37,917 bases of DNA from a virus (taxonomy: Duplodnaviria > Caudoviricetes), in IMG/VR virus record IMGVR_UViG_3300010273_000004, positions 1 through 37,917 of that record, one strand, 5' to 3'. Under the pieces are notes generated by a model. That model was not told the DNA's origin and did no database searches. It worked only from the letters and a program-made list of their open reading frames with translations. Position numbers and translations under genes: made by a program. Shown here piece by piece: positions 9,748 to 15,793 of the stretch (position 1 is the stretch's first letter; each line of letters begins with the position of its first letter).

Positions 9748-9864
9748 ATGCCCCCTTGCAATGTCCACTTCATAAAGCTGAAATCCAACAGAATTGAATA
9801 TATCATTATCAATGGAGTTAAATACTACAATATAAATTATAGGCGGATTACTCTTTCTTCTTGA
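9748..9864 (+). CDS. 38-aa LexA-controlled small protein (candidate antirepressor)
   Basis: SD GGAGG 9736-9740, ATG 9748; MPPCNVHFIKLKSNRIEYIIINGVKYYNINYRRITLSS; overlaps the cI 3' end convergently. Confidence 0.65.
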   Translation: MPPCNVHFIKLKSNRIEYIIINGVKYYNINYRRITLSS

Positions 9865-10231
9865 TCTTTTTCGCAAACTCAACAATGTCTCTTACCTCTT
9901 CAGCTGTAAAACCTGACTCGACAATTTCCTTGGCAACTTTCAATTCTTCAATGCCGATTCCCTTTAATTCATACGGCAGAGCATCCTCATTTAGCAATAA
10001 TGCGTCATCGGAATTGTCATGTATGTATCCGGCCAGCTTCATCAAGTGCTCGTACGATACTTTATACGCAGGTGCGAGCTTTCTTAGAATCTCAGGAGAA
10101 GGTATATCACGTTCTCCTCTTTCAATCAGTGACAAATAGGATTTGGACACACCTGTCATCATCTCGATTTGCCGAGTTGATTTTTTACCGCGCAACAATC
10201 TTAAATATTTCCCGAATTCGTATTTGTCCAC
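9848..10231 (-). CDS. XRE-family HTH prophage repressor (CI-like), no S24 autoprotease domain
   Basis: FGKYLRLLR..STRQIEMMTGVSKSYLSLIERGER HTH; divergent from a cro-like gene; GTG start after SD GGGGAGTG. Confidence 0.9.
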   Translation of the reverse strand: MDKYEFGKYLRLLRGKKSTRQIEMMTGVSKSYLSLIERGERDIPSPEILRKLAPAYKVSYEHLMKLAGYIHDNSDDALLLNEDALPYELKGIGIEELKVAKEIVESGFTAEEVRDIVEFAKKIKKKE

Positions 10232-10254
10232 TGGAATCACTCCCCATTGCTATT

Positions 10255-10356
10255 GTACACATTTTGTGGACACACATAAACTATTTTGAAAAAAAGTGTT
10301 GACAACAGAGGACGCTAAGATTATAATTACAAATGTGGACGATTACAAAAGTAGAC
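10255..10356. promoter_or_regulatory. Repressor operator array (consensus about GTNNAC-AAAW-GTRRAC)
   Basis: Sites at 10255-10271, 10298-10313, 10325-10340 and 10341-10356; another copy at 10576-10591. Confidence 0.65.
10299..10327 (+). promoter_or_regulatory. Lytic early promoter (PR-like)
   Basis: Perfect TTGACA-N17-TATAAT overlapped by the operators. Confidence 0.9.
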
Positions 10357-10369
10357 GGAGGTGCCAAGA

Positions 10370-10612
10370 TTGGTAATTAGGTTTAAAGACCCAAGCAATT
10401 TTGCAAGGCTGATAGCGGAGAAGGGATATACGCAGAGTTCTCTTTCTCAGGCTATAGGCATGGAAAGAAGCTATGTGCACGTAGTCACAAAAAGGAATTC
10501 GATAAGTGCACCTGGCGCAAAAAAGCTTTGCGATGCGTTGGGCCTTAATTTCCATGATATTTTTTTGATCGAAACGTCCACAAAAGTAAACACCAAAGAA
10601 GTTTCTGCGTGA
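10370..10612 (+). CDS. Cro-like HTH protein
   Basis: GYTQSSLSQAIGMERSYV...LCDALG..FHDIF; TTG start after SD GGAGGTG. Confidence 0.85.
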   Translation: MVIRFKDPSNFARLIAEKGYTQSSLSQAIGMERSYVHVVTKRNSISAPGAKKLCDALGLNFHDIFLIETSTKVNTKEVSA

Positions 10613-10630
10613 CGGAGCTGGAGGGCAAGT

Positions 10631-10843
10631 ATGATCACCAAACGTGAAGTTGGCCCCATTGAAGTTGATAGTGAAGGCGTCGTAGTTAAACGGTCGAAGA
10701 TGGTTCTCACGTTCGACACCGGTACCAGGATCACGATCATCCCGCCGGATCCGTACCCAAGCAAGCTTCAGCAGAAGAGGATCCTCGACGATCTGTTCGC
10801 GGTAGAAGTAGCCGCAGCAAGGAGGATCAGTAAGACGGCGTGA
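10631..10843 (+). CDS. Hypothetical early protein
   Basis: 70-aa ORF with SD GGAGGG. Confidence 0.65.
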   Translation: MITKREVGPIEVDSEGVVVKRSKMVLTFDTGTRITIIPPDPYPSKLQQKRILDDLFAVEVAAARRISKTA

Positions 10844-10908
10844 AGGCCTGCCTGCTGTACAGGCCTCTGGATCAGAAGTGCATCATTGGATGTGACTGTT
10901 TGAGATGA
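10840..10908 (+). CDS. Possible 22-aa Cys-rich peptide
   Basis: GTGA overlap with the upstream stop; MKACLLYRPLDQKCIIGCDCLR. Confidence 0.3.
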   Translation: MKACLLYRPLDQKCIIGCDCLR

Positions 10909-11026
10909 CATTGGAGATGACATTCTTGGACGGGCTTTTCGGTTAAATTTTAAGCGGTAATAGACCAGATCTCAATTTTATTTGAACATAAATATTCCGC
11001 AAAGGAAAGGAGGTTAGGATAGCGCG

Positions 11027-11317
11027 GTATACATCGGGAAAGAGCTCAGGGAGCTCCAGGACGAACTCAAGGTTTCACAAGAGGAAATGGCCGCTATGTT
11101 AAACGTCGGCCAGGGGACACTCAGTAAGTACATGAACGACAGGATCCCCACTCCATTCGATTTTGTAATAAATATTCCTCAAAAGATTAAGACCAGGAAG
11201 GCAAAAGACGTTGTGCTCGAATGGAGAAAGAAATTTGACCAGATATTCTGGCAGGCACTAATTCAGGCAGTAGTTGGATGGGAGGCAGATCGGTATGAGG
11301 CAAAGCATTCTTGTTGA
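11027..11317 (+). CDS. XRE-type HTH protein, start codon uncertain
   Basis: YIGKELRELQDELKVSQEEMAAMLNVGQGTLSKY is a full HTH extending upstream of ATG 11087; strong SD AAAGGAGGT at 11006-11014. Confidence 0.65.
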   Translation, partial: VYIGKELRELQDELKVSQEEMAAMLNVGQGTLSKYMNDRIPTPFDFVINIPQKIKTRKAKDVVLEWRKKFDQIFWQALIQAVVGWEADRYEAKHSC

Positions 11318-11504
11318 CGGCCAGGCTGTCGCCAGAGGGGACACGGTTATGATCAAAGCGAACGGCCTCAAAGGCAAAGTCATGATGATCGGACAGCACG
11401 GCCTAGTATCCTTACATATTCCTGATCAACCGATCGTGGCGAGTCGGCCGTATGACCCATCAGAACTGACTTTGGTTAGAGAGGAGGGAAGCAATAACCA
11501 GTAA
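11295..11504 (+). CDS. Small KOW/SH3-like protein
   Basis: RGDTVMIK..GLKGKV motif; SD GGGAGG. Confidence 0.55.
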   Translation: MRQSILVDGQAVARGDTVMIKANGLKGKVMMIGQHGLVSLHIPDQPIVASRPYDPSELTLVREEGSNNQ

Positions 11505-11519
11505 GAAGGGAGTGATTCG

Positions 11520-11702
11520 GTGCAGATAAGGGAAATCAGCGTAGGCGTGCGGCAGGTGAAGAACCTGGGGAACTACCAGTCATTGACGGCAGAAGCAACG
11601 GCTACGGTAGTTTTGGAAGATGGTGACGATCCCGACATGGTATATGCACACGCCTGGACAAAGGTCAAGAGGGAGGTGGAAAGTCAACTGAAACAGGCAT
11701 AA
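11520..11702 (+). CDS. Hypothetical phage protein
   Basis: 60 aa, NLGNYQS motif, SD AAGGGAG. Confidence 0.7.
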   Translation: MQIREISVGVRQVKNLGNYQSLTAEATATVVLEDGDDPDMVYAHAWTKVKREVESQLKQA

Positions 11703-11762
11703 AAATGACCGCGAATACGACGATCCGCAGTCACTGAGAAATCAACCACTTATATTATATCA
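11700..11762 (-). ncRNA. Short antisense sRNA cassette (extended -10 promoter, about 48-nt transcript, terminator)
   Basis: Minus strand TG-A-TATAAT (11762-11754); 11-bp stem UGACUGCGGAU/AUUCGCGGUCA that pairs fully only on the minus strand (G-U), then U5. Confidence 0.55.
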
Positions 11763-11788
11763 CAAATTGAAGCGCAGGAGGTGCAGGT

Positions 11789-12157
11789 ATGGAAAACATT
11801 TTTAGCAAAGACCAGCTGGTGATCGCCAACGATCCATTCGACGGCGAATATATCGGCCAGTATGTATCCCAGAATATGCTGACGGGTAAATCATCCTACG
11901 TCAAGATCCTTGCCTGCACGAGATACCCATCGCAGCGCACCATAGCATACGCCCACATCATGTACGAAAGAAAGCCGTATGAATACGGAAGCATACATCC
12001 GTTCGATGACGTTGAGATCCGGGCGTATGACGGGCCTGTGCCCGAGTACAACGAATCAGTCAGGATCGCTCTCGACAATGCGATCGAAGAGGCGGGAACA
12101 AACGGCAACATGAAGGTATTGGCTGCGCTGCGGAATCACAAACTGCAGATAGCATAG
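11789..12157 (+). CDS. Hypothetical protein
   Basis: 122 aa, SD AGGAGGTG. Confidence 0.7.
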   Translation: MENIFSKDQLVIANDPFDGEYIGQYVSQNMLTGKSSYVKILACTRYPSQRTIAYAHIMYERKPYEYGSIHPFDDVEIRAYDGPVPEYNESVRIALDNAIEEAGTNGNMKVLAALRNHKLQIA

Positions 12158-12218
12158 ACGGCGGTTATTGCTGCCGTCTTTTGCTTACTCAAAAATCGAT
12201 GAAAGGCAAGGTGTTTGT

Positions 12219-12593
12219 ATGGATATAAAGCAGAGACTTCTTGAACTCCCCGATCAGATTGCAGAGCTCGAGCAGGCAGTATTTAAAAAGCAGACGATGC
12301 TTGAGGAGATCCTGCAGCAGGAAAGAATCTGGGAGAGCGGCAAAATGGATGAAATCTGCAATGCCGTCGACGAGAACGGCAAACCGAAGTTCAGCAACGA
12401 CGCCAAGAGGCAGGCTGAACTGACGAGGCTCAAGTCGGCAGACGAAAAATACCTGGCTCTTGAAGCGGAGCGCAAGGCGTTCTTCCAGGATATCAGGATG
12501 GTCGAGATCGACATCAGGCGCCTGAGCAATCTCCAGAGCAATCTCCAGAGCAATCTCAGATCTATCTGCAGGCTCGAGTCTGAGTCTGCCTGA
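12219..12593 (+). CDS. Coiled-coil hypothetical protein
   Basis: MDIKQRLLELP...KPKFSNDAKR; contains a 12-bp tandem repeat (SNLQ) at 12525-12557. Confidence 0.7.
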   Translation: MDIKQRLLELPDQIAELEQAVFKKQTMLEEILQQERIWESGKMDEICNAVDENGKPKFSNDAKRQAELTRLKSADEKYLALEAERKAFFQDIRMVEIDIRRLSNLQSNLQSNLRSICRLESESA

Positions 12594-12615
12594 TCAAATA
12601 ACGGGAGGATCCAGC

Positions 12616-12849
12616 ATGACAAGCAAGGAGAAAAAGGTATACGAAACTATCGGCTTATTGATAGGGGCTGACGAGGATGTCATCGAATCTGATGCCAACC
12701 TCAAGGACGACCTGGAAATGGATGATATCGACCTGGTCGAAATGGCCATGACGCTTGAGGAGGAGTTCGACATCGATATCCCGGAAGAAAAGCTCAACGA
12801 GTTCCAGACAGTCCAGGATGTAGTCGACTTCATAGAGGATCTTGCCTGA
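12616..12849 (+). CDS. Acyl carrier protein-like protein lacking the phosphopantetheine serine
   Basis: ANLKDDLEMDDIDLVEMAMTLEEEFDIDIPEE...TVQDVVDFIE aligns to AcpP; DSL motif is DDI; SD GGGAGG. Confidence 0.9.
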   Translation: MTSKEKKVYETIGLLIGADEDVIESDANLKDDLEMDDIDLVEMAMTLEEEFDIDIPEEKLNEFQTVQDVVDFIEDLA

Positions 12850-12854
12850 TCAAC

Positions 12855-13059
12855 AAGGCGGTGGCGGAATCAGACGCTAATTTGGGGTTAAGGGATGGCG
12901 GACGCAGCAAGCCTACGTTGGAAGACAAGTCGGGTAAACAGCTGGAAGGTAGGGCCGCCAATAAACTGCGTGAAAATCATAAAATCCCCATGTCCCTAGT
13001 ATTAGGTGCCGACTAACACGCAGATAGTCCCGTGCAGGTAGCCAATCCTGCCCGCCTTG
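12855..13059 (+). ncRNA. tRNA-like structured RNA with a large insert replacing the anticodon loop
   Basis: Acceptor AAGGCGG/CCGCCTT, UG linker, D arm GCG-GAATCAGA-CGC, TAAT/ATTA stem, variable arm GACTA/TAGTC, T arm GCAGG-TAGCCAAT-CCTGC. Confidence 0.7.
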
Positions 13060-13218
13060 ATCCCCCTGAAAACCGTATAAGGAAGGGCTCCGATGATGTC
13101 CATGCCGGAACTTCAGCCAAGAAACCTGCCTGACGGCCGGTAATGGCAGGATGAGGCTGCAGGGAAAGCATGAACGGAGGAGCCCGCTAGTGAAGATAAA
13201 CCCGGTTTTACGATGGAT
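13060..13218 (+). ncRNA. Rod-shaped structured RNA with purine-rich internal loops
   Basis: Nested helices AAAACCG/CGGTTTT, GGGCTC/GAGCCC, CATGC/GCATG, CAGCC/GGCTG, CCTGCC/GGCAGG. Confidence 0.6.
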
Positions 13219-13297
13219 GAGTGAGCGATGTTGCGCGCGCGTTACAAAAGACAAAGGAGGCCGCCGGCCAGCCTCCCAAGTTATTAAATATGAGGGG

Positions 13298-13480
13298 ATG
13301 GGTTTATTGGATAAAAAAGAGTCCATTCGGATAGAGGCCATTCTGAACTACAAAAACGGAGAACTGGAATCCGTTTTGTTGTCTAAAGAAAGTTTTCTCA
13401 GCCTTATTTGTTCCGGTAAAGTCACCATCATGGTCGCAGGCCAGGATCTGTCAAAAAAAGCCTGTCGGCCAGGTAAATGA
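13298..13480 (+). CDS. Hypothetical small protein
   Basis: 3' part of ORF 13151-13480; SD GAGGGG favours a start at 13298 or TTG 13307. Confidence 0.5.
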   Translation: MGLLDKKESIRIEAILNYKNGELESVLLSKESFLSLICSGKVTIMVAGQDLSKKACRPGK

Positions 13481-13496
13481 AAGGGGTGTTATGTAA

Positions 13497-14585
13497 GTGT
13501 CAAATATCGTTACTGCTGAAAATACCCAGGTAGTTCAGCTTGATAACTATAGGAGAGAAAAATACAACGTCCTGGTGCCGACAACGACAATGACTCAGAT
13601 CAGTCCTTTCCACAAGCTCCGCGTCGAGGAAGTCAAAATCGATCCCGATCCCGACCGTGGAGAAGTGTACAAAGTCGGCAGTAAGTATACCGGCAAGGAC
13701 AGCAATGGCGAGCCTATATACGAGGATGTCCTTGCTCTTTCCAAGACTGCACTCATGAAGATCGCTTCCGCTGCAGGCATCGTCTGGAACTGGAACGAGA
13801 CGAAGCCTTTATCTGTTTCCAGGGATTACGTACTGTACCAGGCGGTCGGTGCATTCCGGAAAGGTTCAGGAGAATGGTTGCCTCTCAAGGCCACAAAGGA
13901 GATAGATCTTCAGACCATTGAGGAGGAAACATACGAATCCAACCTGGAGAAGGCAAAGAAGCTGGCAAGCAGCAAGTACCAGGATGATAAAAAGAAACTG
14001 AATAATATGACGCCGGAGCAGTGGGCAGCTGCCCAGACAAAGGCGCACATGATCCAGTGGCGCAAGAACAAGCTCATGAGAGCGGAGACCGGTGCGATGC
14101 TGCGTGTGATCAGGGCCCTGCTTTCTATAAAACACCAGTACAGCCCGTCGGAGCTTAATAGACCTTTCATCGTTCCGCATGTTGACTTCTCGCCTGACTA
14201 TTCTGATCCGGAAGTCCGCAAGATGGTCATTGAGCATGGCCTGCAGGCGACGGCCGCGCTGTTCGGCAATGCATCTCCTACCAATCAGCAGCTCGCGGCC
14301 GGGCAGGTGCAGCAGATGAGCCAGCCGTTTGAGGCAGACAACTATGATTTCGACGAGGAACCGATCGACGGCGATTTCATGGAGCCTGCCGCCGATGAAC
14401 CTGAGGCTGTGCCCGAACCGGAGCCGGTGCAGGTCCAGGAGCCGGAGAAAGTCTCCCAGGATGAAATGACATGCGCAGATTGCGGCAAGAAATTGACAAA
14501 GGCAGAAGTCGATTACTGCCTTGCGTACTATGACGGTTTCTACTGCATAGCAGATCAGAAAAAGCACAGGAGGGTTGCACAATGA
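13497..14585 (+). CDS. Putative recombination / single-strand annealing protein with acidic tail and C-terminal Zn finger
   Basis: Coupled to sbcDC; RAETGAMLRVIRALL helix reminiscent of annealase C-terminal helices; acidic linker; CADC...C..C. Confidence 0.5.
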   Translation: MSNIVTAENTQVVQLDNYRREKYNVLVPTTTMTQISPFHKLRVEEVKIDPDPDRGEVYKVGSKYTGKDSNGEPIYEDVLALSKTALMKIASAAGIVWNWNETKPLSVSRDYVLYQAVGAFRKGSGEWLPLKATKEIDLQTIEEETYESNLEKAKKLASSKYQDDKKKLNNMTPEQWAAAQTKAHMIQWRKNKLMRAETGAMLRVIRALLSIKHQYSPSELNRPFIVPHVDFSPDYSDPEVRKMVIEHGLQATAALFGNASPTNQQLAAGQVQQMSQPFEADNYDFDEEPIDGDFMEPAADEPEAVPEPEPVQVQEPEKVSQDEMTCADCGKKLTKAEVDYCLAYYDGFYCIADQKKHRRVAQ

Positions 14586-15793
14586 AGATATTACTGGCAC
14601 CCGACCTGCATTGCTACTACAACAATTACGGGAAGGTACTTCCCAATGGCAAGCATTCCCGGTTTGAGGACTGGGAAAGTACCGCGGCCTGGCTGCTGCA
14701 GCATGCTGTCGACAACGATATCGACGTCGCTGTGTTCCCGGGTGATTTCTTCAAGAACAGCCGTCCGGATCCGGAGCAGGTCCTTTCTGTCGCGGAGCTT
14801 CTCAATACGTTTGCTACATATGGTATAGAGGTAATCGGTTGTCCGGGAAACCATGATCTGCTTGGTGCAGGAAAGACCGGCCCGGTCGACCTGGTCAAGT
14901 CCTTATGCGATGACATGTATGTCGGTATCACAAATGTACCGGACGTATTCAGGTGCTGCCATGACACAGTCAATATCGCTGTACTGCCTAACATAAAACC
15001 TGCGGGCCTTATAGACGCCGTCGCCGATCCTGCAGAGATGGCGATGCTCATATCTCAGAAGCTCGTCGACATAGCCAGGAGCCTTATCGTTCAGTGCCAT
15101 GAGATAGGACCCGGCTGCAAAAATGTGCTGATCGGCCACTGGACAATATCGGGATCCGTCGCGTCATCCGGGCAGTTGCTTTATGGCAGTACTGAGCCTG
15201 TTATCCCGCTGAATGAACTGCTGGCCATGGAGTGGGATGCCGTTCTGTTTGGCCACATCCACAAGGCCCAGGTATTGAACGAAAAGCCGTTCGTGGGTTA
15301 TGCCGGAGCGCTGGAGCGCGTCGACTTCGGAGAAGAGGACGATCCCCGCGGATGTTATGTCATTGATCTGGACTCAGGATCCTACGAGTGGATCGATCTG
15401 CCGGCGCGGAAGTTCTGCACTATATCAGCAGATATAAAGAGCTCCGACGATATCGCCGCACTGTACGAGGATCTTTCACTGTCACTTGCCCATAACAAAG
15501 CGACCAACAAGATTGTTCGTGTGAAATACAAGGTCACGGAAGAACTTGCTCCTATGGTGGATCACTCGGAGATTATGAGGCTTTTGCAAGCGGCAGCACC
15601 GGCATATATCACAGGCATTTACCCGGAGATCGAGATGACGGACAGGAGCAGGGAGGCATCCGTCACCGAGGATACCGGCCCGATCGATGCCCTCAAAAAG
15701 TGGCTCGACGCAAAGGATATCCACGGAGAAATAATCAGGGGTCGAATTATCGGTTTGGCAACTGACCTGATTATGGAGGTGCTGTCTGAATGA
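14582..15793 (+). CDS. sbcD: SbcD/Mre11-family metallophosphoesterase nuclease
   Basis: DLH, GDFF, GNHD, GH and GHIH motifs; YAGALERVDFGE. Confidence 0.93.
   Translation: MKILLAPDLHCYYNNYGKVLPNGKHSRFEDWESTAAWLLQHAVDNDIDVAVFPGDFFKNSRPDPEQVLSVAELLNTFATYGIEVIGCPGNHDLLGAGKTGPVDLVKSLCDDMYVGITNVPDVFRCCHDTVNIAVLPNIKPAGLIDAVADPAEMAMLISQKLVDIARSLIVQCHEIGPGCKNVLIGHWTISGSVASSGQLLYGSTEPVIPLNELLAMEWDAVLFGHIHKAQVLNEKPFVGYAGALERVDFGEEDDPRGCYVIDLDSGSYEWIDLPARKFCTISADIKSSDDIAALYEDLSLSLAHNKATNKIVRVKYKVTEELAPMVDHSEIMRLLQAAAPAYITGIYPEIEMTDRSREASVTEDTGPIDALKKWLDAKDIHGEIIRGRIIGLATDLIMEVLSE

Noticed and set aside
12525-12557. AGCAATCTCCAG tandem repeat as a phase-variation or regulatory element
   Set aside because: In-frame 12-bp duplication within a coiled coil; most likely simple slippage
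12960-13030. Group I intron (GACTA...GATAGTCC resembles the P7 R/S elements)
   Set aside because: Only 9 nt separate the two strands (no P8), no recognisable P4-P6 core, and the insert is too short; a tRNA variable arm fits better
12855-13059. Canonical tRNA or tmRNA gene
   Set aside because: No 7-nt anticodon loop, D-loop lacks GG, T-loop is not TTCRA, no G3-U70 pair, and no tmRNA terminal sequences or AA-ending tag
13151-13297. 5' extension of ORF 13151-13480
   Set aside because: No SD, and it overlaps the structured RNA; a downstream start with an SD is more plausible
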